A stretch of DNA of 64,000 bases from Pristiophorus japonicus (taxonomy: Eukaryota): NCBI RefSeq assembly GCF_044704955.1, contig NC_091987.1, forward strand, positions 126,852,001-126,916,000, given 5' to 3'. Below are positions 9,840 to 24,000 of this stretch, piece by piece. The position numbers and the translations under genes were made by a program. The notes beneath the pieces are model-generated. The model saw nothing but the letters and a program-made list of their open reading frames with translations, searched no databases and was not told the DNA's origin. The number at the start of each line of letters is the position of its first letter. The first letter of the stretch is position 1.

Positions 9840-12800
9840 GCGTGGGACTGTGTGAACAGTGTACGTGGGACGGTGAACACTGTGTGTGGGATATTGTGAA
9901 CTCTGTGCGTGGGACTGTGTGAACACTATGTGTGGAACTGCGTGAACACAGTGTGAAGAACTGTGTCAACAGTGTGTGTGGAAATGTGTGAACACTGTGT
10001 ATGGGACTATGTGAGTAGTATGTGTACGACTGTGTGAACACTGTGTGTAACTGTGCGAACAGTGTGTGCGTGGGACTGTGTGAACAGTGTGTGCATGGGA
10101 CTGTGTGAACAGTGTATATGTGATTGCGTGAACACTGTGTGTGGGACTGCGTGAAGAGTGTGCGACTGTGTGAACAGTGTGTGTGGGACTGTATGAACAC
10201 TGAGTGTGGGACTGTGTGAACAGTGCGCGTGTGACTGTATGAACAGTGTGTGTGAAACTGTGGGAACACTGTGTGTGTGACTGTGTGAACAATGTGTGTG
10301 GGACTGTGTGAATACTGTGCATGGGACGGTGTGAACAGTGTGTGCGGGACTGTGTGAACAGTGTGTGTGGGACAGTGTGAACAGTGTGTGTGGGACTGTG
10401 TGGGCAGTTTGTGTGGGACTGTGTGAACAGTGTGTGTGGGACTGTGTGAACAGTGTGTGTGGGATTTTGTGAACAATGTGTGTGGGACTGTGTGAACAGT
10501 GTGTGTGTGGGAGTGTGTGCAGAGTGTGTGTGGGTCTGTGTTGAACGCTGTGTATGGGACTGTGTCAACAGTGTGTGTGTGGGACTGTGTGAACAGTGCG
10601 TGTGGGACTGTGTGAACACTGTGTGAGGGACTGTGTGAACAGTGTATGTGTGATTATGTGAACGGTGTGTGTGCGACTATGTGAACACTGTGTGTGGGAC
10701 TATGCGAACAGTTTGTGTGCGACTGTGTGGACAGTTTATGTGAGACTGTGTGAACAGTGTGTGTGTGGAACTGTGTGAACAGTGTGTGTGGGACTTTGTG
10801 AAAAGTGTGTGTGTGTGTGTGGGACTATGTGATCAGTGAGTGTGGGAATGTGTGAACTCTTTTTATGCAACTGTTTGAACAGTGTGTGTGGGTCTCAGTT
10901 GAACAGTGTGTGTGGGTCTGTGTAAACAGTGTGTGTGGGACTGTGAACACTGTATATGTGTGACTTTGTGAATAGTGTGTGTGAGACGGTGAACAGTGTG
11001 TGTGGGACTGTGTGAACATCGTGTGTGGGACTGTGCGAACATTGTGTGTGGGACTGCGTGAACAGTGCGTGTGTGTGTGGGATTGTGTGCACAATGTGTG
11101 TGGGACTGTGTGAACAGTGTCTGTGGGATATTGTGAACACTGTGTGTGGGACTGTGTCAACACTGTGTGTGGGACTGTGTCAACAGTGTGTGTGTGACTG
11201 TGCGAACACTGTGTGTGTGACTTTATGAACAGTGTGTGTGGTACAGTGTGGACAGTGTGTGTGTAGGTCTGTGTGAACAGTGTGTGGGGGACTGTGTGAA
11301 AAGTGTGTGTGGGACTGTGTGAACAGTGAGTGTGGGACTGTGTGAACACTATGTCTGGGACTCTGTGAACAGTGTCTGTGGGATATTGTGAACACTGTGT
11401 GTGGGACTGTGTGAACACTGTGTGTGCGACTCTGCGATCACTGTGTGTGTGACTGTATGAATAGTGTGTGTGGGACAGTGTGAACAGTGTGTGTGTGGGA
11501 CTGCGTGAACAGTGTGTGTGGGACAGTGTGAACAGTGTGTGTGGAACTGTGTGAACTGTGTGTGCGGGACTGTGTGAATAGAGTGTGGGACTGTGTGAAC
11601 AGTGTGTGTGGTTTTGTGTGAATAGAGTGTGGGACTGTGTGAACACTGCATGTGGGACTGTGTAAACAGTGTGTGTGGGACTGTATGAACACTGAGTGTG
11701 GGATCATGTGAATACTGTGTCTGGAACTGTGTGAACACTGTGTGTGGGACTGTGTTGAACACTGTTTGTGGGACTGTGTGAACAGTATGTGTATGTGGGA
11801 CTGTGTGAACACTGTGTGTGGGACAGTGTGAACAAAGTGTGTGGGACAGTGTGAACAGAGTGTGTGTGGGACTGTGTGAACAGTGTGTGTGAGACTGTAT
11901 GAACAGTGCATGTGGGACTTTGAGAATACTGTGTGTGGGATTTTGTGAACAGAGTGTGTGGGATTGTGTCAACACTGTGTGTGGGACTGTGTGAACAGTA
12001 TGTGTGTGTGCGACTGTGTGTACAGTGTGTTTGGGACTGTGTGAACAATGTGTGTGGGACTCTGCGATCACTGTGTGTGTGACTGTATGAATAGTGTGTG
12101 TGGGATAGTGTGAACAGTGTGTGTGTGGGACTGCGTGAACAGTGTGTGTGGGACAGTGTGAACAGTGTGTGTGGAACTGTGTGAACTGTGTGTGCGGGAC
12201 TGTGTGAATAGAGTGTGGGACTGTGTGAACAGTGTGTGTGGTTCTGTGTGAATAGTGTGGGGGACTGTGTTGAACACTGTGGGACAGTGTGAACATTATG
12301 TGTGTGTTGGACTGTGTGAACACTGTGTGTGGGACTGTGTGAACAAAGTGTGTGGGACAGTGTGAACAGAGTGTGTGTGGGACTGTGTGAACAGTGTGTG
12401 TGAGACTGTATGAACAGTGCATGTGGGACTTTGAGAATACTGTGTGTGGGATTTTGTGAACAGTGTGTTGGATTGTGTCAACACTGTGTGTGGGACTGTG
12501 TGAACAGTATGTGTGTGTGCGACTGTATGCACAGTGTGTGTGGGACTGTGTGAACAATGTGTGTGGGACTCTGTGAACATTGTGTGTGCGGCACTGTGTG
12601 AACACTATGTGAACGGTGTGTGTGTGGGACTGTGTGAACAGTGTGTGTGGGACTGTGTGAGCAGTGTGTGTGCGTCTCAGGTGAACACTGTGTATGGCAC
12701 TGTGAAAACAGTGTGTGTGGGACTGTGAACACTGTGTTTGTGTGACTGTGTGAACAGTGTATGTGGGTCTGTGTTGAACACTGTGTATGGGACTGTGAAA

Positions 12801-15039
12801 ACAGCGTGTGTGGGACTATGAACACTGTGTGTGTGACTGTGTGACAAGTGTGTGTGAGACTGTGAACACTGTGTGTGTATAACTTTGTGAACAGTGTGTG
12901 TGTGGAACTGCGTGAACACTGTGTATGGGTCTCAGTTGAACAATGTGTGTGGGACTGTGTAAACAGTGTGTGTGGGACTGTGAACACTATATGTGTGTGA
13001 CTGTGTGAACAGTGTGTGTGGGTCTGTCTTGAACAGTGTATATGGGACTGTCTAAACAGTGTGTGTGGGACTGTGAACACTGTGTGTGCGTGACTTTGTG
13101 AACAGTGTGTGTGGGACCGTCAACACTGTGTGTGTGTGGGACTGTGCGAACAGTGTGTGTGGGACGGTGGACACTCTGTGTGGGACTGTGTGAACATCGT
13201 GTGTGGGATTGTGTGAACACTGTGTGTGGGACTGTGTGAACAATGAGTGTGGGACACTGTGAACAGAGTGTGTGTGGAACTATGTGAACAATGTGTGTGG
13301 GTCTGTCTTGAGCACTGTGTATGGGACTGTGTAAACAACGTGTGTGGGCTGTGAGCACTGTGTGTGTGGGACTGTGTGAACACTGTGTGGGGGACTGTGT
13401 GAACAGTGTGTGTGAGACTGTGTGAACAATGCGTGTGGGACTGTGAGAATACTGTGTGTGGGATTTTGTGAACACAGTGTGTGGGATTGTATAAACAGAG
13501 TGTGTGGGACTGTGTGAACACTGTGTGTGCGAGTGTGTGAACATTGTGTGTGGGACTGTGTGAACAGTATGTGTGTCTGGGACTGAGTGCACAGTGTGTG
13601 TGGGACTGTGTGAACACTGTGTGTGGGACTGTGTGAAAAGTGTGTATGAGACTATGTGAACAGTGTTTGTGTGACTGTGTGAACAGTGAGAGTGGGACTG
13701 TGTGAATAGTAAGAATGGGACTGTGTGAACATTGTGTGTGTATAACTTTGTGAACAATGTGTGTGGGACTGTGAACACAGTGTGTTTTGGACTGGGTGAA
13801 CAATGTGTGTGGGACTGTGAACACTGTGTGTGAGACTGTGTGAACACTGCATGTGGGACTGTGTAAACAGTGTGTGTGGGACTGTATGAACACTGAGTGT
13901 GGGATCGTGTGAATACTGTGTGGAACTGTGTGAACACTGTGTGTGGGACTGTGTTGAACACTGTTTGTGAGACTGTGTGAACAGTATATGTGTGTGTGGG
14001 ACTGTGTGAACACTGTGTGTTGGACTGTGTGAACAATGTGTGTGGGACTGTGAACACTGTGTGTGGGACTGTGTGAACAGTGTGTGTGGGACAGTGTGAA
14101 CACTGTGTGAGGGACTGTGTTAACACTATGTGTTTGGACTGTGTGAACAGTGTGTGTGGGACAGTGTGAAGAGTGTGTGTGGGACAGTGTGAACAGTGCA
14201 TGTGGCACTCTGTGAACAGTGTCTGTGGGACTGTGTGAACACTGTTCATGGGACTGTGTGAACAGTGTGCGTGGGAGTGTGTGAGCAGTGTGTGTGGGAG
14301 TGTGTGAGCTGTGTGTGTGGGACTGTGTGAACAGTTTGTGTGGGACTGTGTGAACACTATTTTGGACTGTGTGAACATTGTGTGGGACTGTCTGAATAGT
14401 GTGTGTGTAGGACTACGTGAACAGTTTATGTTGGACAGTGTGAACAGTTGCTGTGGGAATGTCTGAACAGTGTGTGGAGCTGTGTGAATACACTGTGTGG
14501 GACTGCATGAACAGTGTGTGTGGGACTGTGTGAACACTATTTTGGACTGTGTGAACACTGTGTGTGAGACTGTGAACAGTATGTGTGGGACTGACTGAAT
14601 AGTGTGTGTGTAGGACTGTGTGAACACTGTGTGTGTGGGAGTGTGTGAACAGTGTGTGTGGCACTGTGTGAAAACTGAGTGTGGGATCGTGTGAACAATG
14701 TGTGTGGGACTGTGAACAGTGTGTCTGGGAGTGTGTGAACAGGGTGTGGGACTGAGAACACAGTGTGTGAGACTGTGTGAAAACAGTGTGTGGGACTGTG
14801 TGAACAGTGTGTGTGTAACTGTGTGAACAGTGTGTGAGGCTGTGTGAACAGTGTGTGTGGGACAGTGTGAACAATTTGTGTGCGACTGTGTGAACAGTTT
14901 GTGTGGGACAGTGTGAACAGTGTGTATGGGACTGTGTGAAAAGTGTCTATGGGACTGTGTGAACAGTGTGTGTGGGACTGTGTGAACAGTGTGTATGGGA
15001 CTGTGTGAACAGTGTGTTCGACTGTGTGAACACTGTGTG

Positions 15040-18000
15040 TGGTGCTATGTGAACACTGTGTGTGGGACAGTGTGAACACTGTGTGTGGCACAGTGTGAAT
15101 AGTGTCTTTGTGGGACTGTGTGAACAGATTGTGTGGGACTGTGTGAACAGTGTGTGGGAGTGTGTGAACAGTGTGTGTGGGACTGTGTGAACAGTGTGTG
15201 TGGGGTTGTGTGAACACTGTGTGTGGGACTGTGCGAACACTGTGTGTGGGACTGTGTGAATAATGTGTGTGGGACTGTGTGAGTATTGTGTGTGGGATTG
15301 TGCACAGTTTGTGTGGGACAGTGTGAACATTGTGTGTGGGACTGCGTGAGCACTGTGTTTGGGACTCTGTGAATATTGTGTGTGGGACTGTGTGAACAGT
15401 GTGTGAGGCTGTGTGAACAGTGTGTGTGGGACAGTGTGAACAATTTGTGTGGGACTGTGTGAACACTTTGTGTGGGACAGTGTGAACATTGTGTGTGGGA
15501 TTGTGTGAACACTGTGTGTGGGACTGTGTGAATATTGTGTGTGGGACTGTGCACAGTGTGTGTGGGACTGTGTGAACACAGTGTGAAGGACTGTGTGAAC
15601 ACTGTGTGTCGAACTGTGCGAACTGTGCGTGCGGGACAGTGTGAACAGTGTGTTTGAGATTGCATGAACAGTGTGTGTGGGACTGTGTGAATAGCATGTG
15701 CAACTGTGTGAACAGTGTTTGTGGGACCGTGTGAACAGGGTGGGTGGGACATTGTGAACAGTGTGTATGTGTGGGACTGTGTGAACAGTGTGTGTGGGAC
15801 TGTGTAAACAGTGTGTGTGGGGTTGTGTGAACACTGTGTGTGGGACTGTGTGAACACTGTGTGTGGGACTGTGTGAATAATGTGTGCGGGACTGTGTGAA
15901 CACTTTGTGTGGGACCATGTGAACATTGTGTGTGGGACTGTGTGAGCACTGTGTGTGGGGCTGTGTGAATATTGTGTGTGGGACTGTGCACAGTTTGTGT
16001 GGGACAGTGTGAACATTGTGTGTGGGACTGCGTGAGCACTGTGTTTGGGACTCTGTGAATATTGTGTGTGGGAATGTGTGAACAGTGTGTGAGGCTGTGT
16101 GAATAGTGTGTGTGGGACAGTGTGAACAATTTGTGTGGGACTGTGTGAACACTTTGTGTGGGACAGTGTGAACATTGTGTGTGGGATTGTGTGAACACTG
16201 TGTGTGGGACTGTGTGAATATTGTGTGTGGGACTGTGTGCACAGTGCGTGTGGGACTGTGTAAACACAGTGTGTGAGACTGTATGAACAGTGTTTGAGGG
16301 ACCGTGTGAACAGGGTGGGTGGGACATTGTGAACAGTGTGTGTGTGTGGGATTGTGTGAACAATGTGTGTGGGACTGTGTGAACAGTGTGTGTGGGACTG
16401 TGTGAACACTATGTGTGGGGTTGTGTGAACACTGTGTGTGGGACTGTGTGAACACTGTGTGTGGGACTGTGTGAATAATGTGTGCGGGACTGTTTGAACA
16501 TTTGTGTGGGACAGTGTGAACGTTGTGTGTGGGACTGTGTGAGCACTGTGTGTGGACTGTGTGAATATTGTTTTTGGGACTGTGCACCGTTTGTGTGGGA
16601 GAGTGTGAACATTGTGTGTGGGGCTGTGTGAACAGTGTGTGTGGTGCTATGTGAACACGGTGTGTGGGACAGTGTGAACACTGTGTGGCACAGTGTGAAC
16701 AGTGTCTTTGTGGGACTGTGTGAACAGATTGTGTGCGACTGTGTGAACAGTGTGTGGGAGTGTGTGAAGTTGTGTGGGACTGTGTGAACAGTGTGTGGGA
16801 CTGTGTAAACACAGTGTGTGAGACTGTATGAACAGTGTTTGTGGGACCGTGTGAACAGGGTGGGTGGGACATTGTGAACAGTGTGTGTGTGTGTGGGACT
16901 GTGTGAACAATGTGTGTGGGACTGTGTAAACAGTGTGTGTGGGGTTGTGTGAACACTGTGTGTGGGACTGTGTGAACACTGTGTGTGGGACTGTGTGAAT
17001 AATGTGTGCGGGACTGTGTGAACACTTTGTGTGGGACCATGTGAACATTGTGTGTGGGACTGTGTGAGCACTGTGTGTGGGGCTGTGTGAATATTGTGTG
17101 TGGGATTGTGCACAGTTTGTGTGGGACAGTGTGAACATTGTGTGTGGGACTGCGTGAGCACTGTGTTTGGGACTCTGTGAATATTGTGTGTGGGACTGTG
17201 TGAACAGTGTGTGAGGCTGTGTGAACAGTGCGTGTGGGACAGTGTGAACAATTTGTGTGGGACTGTGCGAACACTTTGTGTGGGAGAGTGTGAACATTGT
17301 GTGTGGGGCTGTGTGAACAGTGTGTGTGGTGCTATGTGAACACGGTGTGTGGGACAGTGTGAACACTGTGTGGCACAGTGTGAACAGTGTCTTTGTGGGA
17401 CTGTGTGAACAGATTGTGTGCGACTGTGTGAACAGTGTGTGGGAGTGTGTGAAGTTGTGTGGGACTGTGTGAACAGTGTGTGGGACTGTGTAAACACAGT
17501 GTGTGAGACTGTATGAACAGTGTTTGTGGGACCGTGTGAACAGGGTGGGTGGGACATTGTGAACAGTGTGTGTGTGTGTGGGACTGTGTGAACAATGTGT
17601 GTGGGACTGTGTAAACAGTGTGTGTGGGGTTGTGTGAACACTGTGTGTGGGACTGCGTGAACACTGTGTGTGGGACTGTGTGAATAATGTGTGCGGGACT
17701 GTGTGAACACTTTGTGTGGGACCATGTGAACATTGTGTGTGGGACTGTGTGAGCACTGTGTGTGGGGCTGTGTGAATATTGTGTGTGGGATTGTGCACAG
17801 TTTGTGTGGGACAGTATGAACATTGTGTGTGGGACTGCGTGAGCACTGTGTTTGGGACTCTGTGAATATTGTGTGTAGGACTGTGTGAACAGTATGTGAG
17901 GCTGTGTGAACAGTGCGTGTGGGACAGTGTGAACAATTTGTGTGGGACTGTGCGAACACTTTGTGTGGGACAGTGTGAACATTGTGTGTGGGATTGTGTG

Positions 18001-21000
18001 AACATTGTGTGTGGGACTGTGTGCACAGTGTGTGTGGGACTGTGTGAACACAGTGTGCAGGACTGTGTGAACACTGTGTGTCGACTGTGCGAACTGTGCG
18101 TGTCGGACAGTGTGAACAGTGTGTTTGAGATTGCATGAACAGTGTGTGTGGGACTGTGTGAATAGTGTGTGCAACTGTATGAACAGTGTGTGTGGGACTG
18201 TATGAACAGTGTGAGTGTGACTGTATGAACAGTGTGTGTGGGACTATGGGAACATTGTGTGTGGGACTGTGTGAACACTGTGTGTGGGACAGTGTGAACA
18301 TTGTGTGTGTGACTGTGTGAGCACTGTGTGTGGACTGTGTGAATGTTGTGTTTGGGACTGTGCACCGTTTGTGTGGGAGAGTGTGAACATTGTGTGTGGG
18401 ACTGTGTGAACAGTGTGTGTGGTGCTATGTGAACACGGTGTGTGGGACAGTGTGAACACTGTGTGGCACAGTGTGAACAGTGTCTTTGTGGGACTGTGTG
18501 AACAGATTGTGTGGGACTGTGTGAACAGTGTGTGGGAGTGTGTGAACAGTGTGTGTGGGACTGTGTGAACAGTGTGTGTGGGGTTGTGTGAACACTGTGT
18601 GTGGGACTGTGCGAACACTGTGTGTGGGACTGTGTGAATAATGTGTGTGGGACTGTGTGAGTATTGTGTGTGGGATTGTGCACAGTTTGTGTGGGACAGT
18701 GTGAACATTGTGTGTGGGACTGCGTGAGCACTGTGTTTGGGACTCTGTGAATATTGTGTGTGGGACTGTGTGAACAGTGTGTGAGGCTGTGTGAACAGTG
18801 TGTGTGGGACAGTGTGAACAATTTGTGTGGGACTGTGTGAACACTTTGTGTGGGACAGTGTGAACATTGTGTGTGGGATTGTGTGAACACTGTGTGTGGG
18901 ACTGTGTGAATATTGTGTGTGGGACTGTGTGCACAGTGTGTGTGGGACTGTGTGAACACAGTGTGAAGGACTGTGTGAACACTGTGTGTCGAACTGTGCG
19001 AACTGTGCGTGCGGGACAGTGTGAACAGTGTGTTTGAGATTGCATGAACAGTGTGTGTGGGACTGTGTGAATAGCATGTGCAACTGTGTGAACAGTGTTT
19101 GTGGGACCGTGTGAACAGGGTGGGTGGGACATTGTGAACAGTGTGTATGTGTGGGACTGTGTGAACAGTGTGTGTGGGACTGTGTAAACAGTGTGTGTGG
19201 GGTTGTGTGAACACTGTGTGTGGGACTGTGTGAACACTGTGTGTGGGACTGTGTGAATAATGTGTGCGGGACTGTGTGAACACTTTGTGTGGGACCATGT
19301 GAACATTGTGTGTGGGACTGTGTGAGCACTGTGTGTGGGGCTGTGTGAATATTGTGTGTGGGACTGTGCACAGTTTGTGTGGGACAGTGTGAACATTGTG
19401 TGTGGGACTGCGTGAGCACTGTGTTTGGGACTCTGTGAATATTGTGTGTGGGAATGTGTGAACAGTGTGTGAGGCTGTGTGAACAGTGTGTGTGGGACAG
19501 TGTGAACAATTTGTGTGGGACTGTGTGAACACTTTGTGTGGGACAGTGTGAACATTGTGTGTGGGATTGTGTGAACACTGTGTGTGGGACTGTGTGAATA
19601 TTGTGTGTGGGACTGTGTGCACAGTGCGTGTGGGACTGTGTAAACACAGTGTGTGAGACTGTATGAACAGTGTTTGAGGGACCGTGTGAACAGGGTGGGT
19701 GGGACATTGTGAACAGTGTGTGTGTGTGGGATTGTGTGAACAATGTGTGTGGGACTGTGTGAACAGTGTGTGTGGGACTGTGTGAACACTATGTGTGGGG
19801 TTGTGTGAACACTGTGTGTGGGACTGTGTGAACACTGTGTGTGGGACTGTGTGAATAATGTGTGCGGGACTGTGTGAACACTTTGTGTGGGACCATGTGA
19901 ACATTGTGTGTGGGACTGTGTGAGCACTGTGTGTGGGGCTGTGTGAATATTGTGTGTGGGATTGTGCACAGTTTGTGTGGGACAGTGTGAACATTGTGTG
20001 TGGGACTGCGTGAGCACTGTGTTTGGGACTCTGTGAATATTGTGTGTGGGACTGTGTGAACAGTGTGTGAGGCTGTGTGAACAGTGCGTGTGGGACAGTG
20101 TGAACAATTTGTGTGGGACTGTGCGAACACTTTGTGTGGGAGAGTGTGAACATTGTGTGTGGGGCTGTGTGAACAGTGTGTGTGGTGCTATGTGAACACG
20201 GTGTGTGGGACAGTGTGAACACTGTGTGGCACAGTGTGAACAGTGTCTTTGTGGGACTGTGTGAACAGATTGTGTGCGACTGTGTGAACAGTGTGTGGGA
20301 GTGTGTGAAGTTGTGTGGGACTGTGTGAACAGTGTGTGGGACTGTGTAAACACAGTGTGTGAGACTGTATGAACAGTGTTTGTGGGACCGTGTGAACAGG
20401 GTGGGTGGGACATTGTGAACAGTGTGTGTGTGTGTGGGACTGTGTGAACAATGTGTGTGGGACTGTGTAAACAGTGTGTGTGGGGTTGTGTGAACACTGT
20501 GTGTGGGACTGCGTGAACACTGTGTGTGGGACTGTGTGAATAATGTGTGCGGGACTGTGTGAACACTTTGTGTGGGACCATGTGAACATTGTGTGTGGGA
20601 CTGTGTGAGCACTGTGTGTGGGGCTGTGTGAATATTGTGTGTGGGATTGTGCACAGTTTGTGTGGGACAGTATGAACATTGTGTGTGGGACTGCGTGAGC
20701 ACTGTGTTTGGGACTCTGTGAATATTGTGTGTAGGACTGTGTGAACAGTATGTGAGGCTGTGTGAACAGTGCGTGTGGGACAGTGTGAACAATTTGTGTG
20801 GGACTGTGCGAACACTTTGTGTGGGACAGTGTGAACATTGTGTGTGGGATTGTGTGAACATTGTGTGTGGGACTGTGTGCACAGTGTGTGTGGGACTGTG
20901 TGAACACAGTGTGCAGGACTGTGTGAACACTGTGTGTCGACTGTGCGAACTGTGCGTGTCGGACAGTGTGAACAGTGTGTTTGAGATTGCATGAACAGTG

Positions 21001-24000
21001 TGTGTGGGACTGTGTGAATAGTGTGTGCAACTGTATGAACAGTGTGTGTGGGACTGTATGAACAGTGTGAGTGTGACTGTATGAACAGTGTGTGTGGGAC
21101 TATGGGAACATTGTGTGTGGGACTGTGTGAACACTGTGTGTGGGACAGTGTGAACATTGTGTGTGTGACTGTGTGAGCACTGTGTGTGGACTGTGTGAAT
21201 GTTGTGTTTGGGACTGTGCACCGTTTGTGTGGGAGAGTGTGAACATTGTGTGTGGGACTGTGTGAACAGTGTGTGTGGTGCTATGTGAACACGGTGTGTG
21301 GGACAGTGTGAACACTGTGTGGCACAGTGTGAACAGTGTCTTTGTGGGACTGTGTGAACAGATTGTGTGGGACTGTGTGAACAGTGTGTGGGAGTGTGTG
21401 AACAGTGTGTGTGGGACTGTGTGAACAGTGTGTGTGGGGTTGTGTGAACACTGTGTGTGGGACTGTGCGAACACTGTGTGTGGGACTGTGTGAATAATGT
21501 GTGTGGGACTGTGTGAGTATTGTGTGTGGGATTGTGCACAGTTTGTGTGGGACAGTGTGAACATTGTGTGTGGGACTGCGTGAGCACTGTGTTTGGGACT
21601 CTGTGAATATTGTGTGTGGGACTGTGTGAACAGTGTGTGAGGCTGTGTGAACAGTGTGTGTGGGACAGTGTGAACAATTTGTGTGGGACTGTGTGAACAC
21701 TTTGTGTGGGACAGTGTGAACATTGTGTGTGGGATTGTGTGAACACTGTGTGTGGGACTGTGTGAATATTGTGTGTGGGACTGTGTGCACAGTGTGTGTG
21801 GGACTGTGTGAACACAGTGTGAAGGACTGTGTGAACACTGTGTGTCGAACTGTGCGAACTGTGCGTGCGGGACAGTGTGAACAGTGTGTTTGAGATTGCA
21901 TGAACAGTGTGTGTGGGACTGTGTGAATAGCATGTGCAACTGTGTGAACAGTGTTTGTGGGACCGTGTGAACAGGGTGGGTGGGACATTGTGAACAGTGT
22001 GTATGTGTGGGACTGTGTGAACAGTGTGTGTGGGACTGTGTAAACAGTGTGTGTGGGGTTGTGTGAACACTGTGTGTGGGACTGTGTGAACACTGTGTGT
22101 GGGACTGTGTGAATAATGTGTGCGGGACTGTGTGAACACTTTGTGTGGGACCATGTGAACATTGTGTGTGGGACTGTGTGAGCACTGTGTGTGGGGCTGT
22201 GTGAATATTGTGTGTGGGACTGTGCACAGTTTGTGTGGGACAGTGTGAACATTGTGTGTGGGACTGCGTGAGCACTGTGTTTGGGACTCTGTGAATATTG
22301 TGTGTGGGAATGTGTGAACAGTGTGTGAGGCTGTGTGAACAGTGTGTGTGGGACAGTGTGAACAATTTGTGTGGGACTGTGTGAACACTTTGTGTGGGAC
22401 AGTGTGAACATTGTGTGTGGGATTGTGTGAACACTGTGTGTGGGACTGTGTGAATATTGTGTGTGGGACTGTGTGCACAGTGCGTGTGGGACTGTGTAAA
22501 CACAGTGTGTGAGACTGTATGAACAGTGTTTGAGGGACCGTGTGAACAGGGTGGGTGGGACATTGTGAACAGTGTGTGTGTGTGGGATTGTGTGAACAAT
22601 GTGTGTGGGACTGTGTGAACAGTGTGTGTGGGACTGTGTGAACACTATGTGTGGGGTTGTGTGAACACTGTGTGTGGGACTGTGTGAACACTGTGTGTGG
22701 GACTGTGTGAATAATGTGTGCGGGACTGTTTGAACATTTGTGTGGGACAGTGTGAACATTGTGTGTGGGACTGTGTGAGCACTGTGTGTGGACTGTGTGA
22801 ATATTGTTTTTGGGACTGTGCACCGTTTGTGTGGGAGAGTGTGAACATTGTGTGTGGGGCTGTGTGAACAGTGTGTGTGGTGCTATGTGAACACGGTGTG
22901 TGGGACAGTGTGAACACTGTGTGGCACAGTGTGAACAGTGTCTTTGTGGGACTGTGTGAACAGATTGTGTGCGACTGTGTGAACAGTGTGTGGGAGTGTG
23001 TGAAGTTGTGTGGGACTGTGTGAACAGTGTGTGGGACTGTGTAAACACAGTGTGTGAGACTGTATGAACAGTGTTTGTGGGACCGTGTGAACAGGGTGGG
23101 TGGGACATTGTGAACTGTGTGTGTGTGGGACTGTGTGAACAATGTGTGTGGGACTGTGTAAACAGTGTGTGTGGGGTTGTGTGAACACTGTGTGTGGGAC
23201 TGTGTGAACACTGTGTGTGGGACTGTGTGAATAATGTGTGCGGGACTGTGTGAACACTTTGTGTGGGACCATGTGAACATTGTGTGTGGGACTGTGTGAG
23301 CACTGTGTGTGGGGCTGTGTGAATATTGTGTGTGGGATTGTGCACAGTTTGTGTGGGACAGTGTGAACATTGTGTGTGGGACTGCGTGAGCACTGTGTTT
23401 GGGACTCTGTGAATATTGTGTGTGGGACTGTGTGAACAGTGTGTGAGGCTGTGTGAACAGTGCGTGTGGGACAGTGTGAACAATTTGTGTGGGACTGTGC
23501 GAACACTTTGTGTGGGAGAGTGTGAACATTGTGTGTGGGGCTGTGTGAACAGTGTGTGTGGTGCTATGTGAACACGGTGTGTGGGACAGTGTGAACACTG
23601 TGTGGCACAGTGTGAACAGTGTCTTTGTGGGACTGTGTGAACAGATTGTGTGCGACTGTGTGAACAGTGTGTGGGAGTGTGTGAAGTTGTGTGGGACTGT
23701 GTGAACAGTGTGTGGGACTGTGTAAACACAGTGTGTGAGACTGTATGAACAGTGTTTGTGGGACCGTGTGAACAGGGTGGGTGGGACATTGTGAACAGTG
23801 TGTGTGTGTGTGGGACTGTGTGAACAATGTGTGTGGGACTGTGTAAACAGTGTGTGTGGGGTTGTGTGAACACTGTGTGTGGGACTGCGTGAACACTGTG
23901 TGTGGGACTGTGTGAATAATGTGTGCGGGACTGTGTGAACACTTTGTGTGGGACCATGTGAACATTGTGTGTGGGACTGTGTGAGCACTGTGTGTGGGGC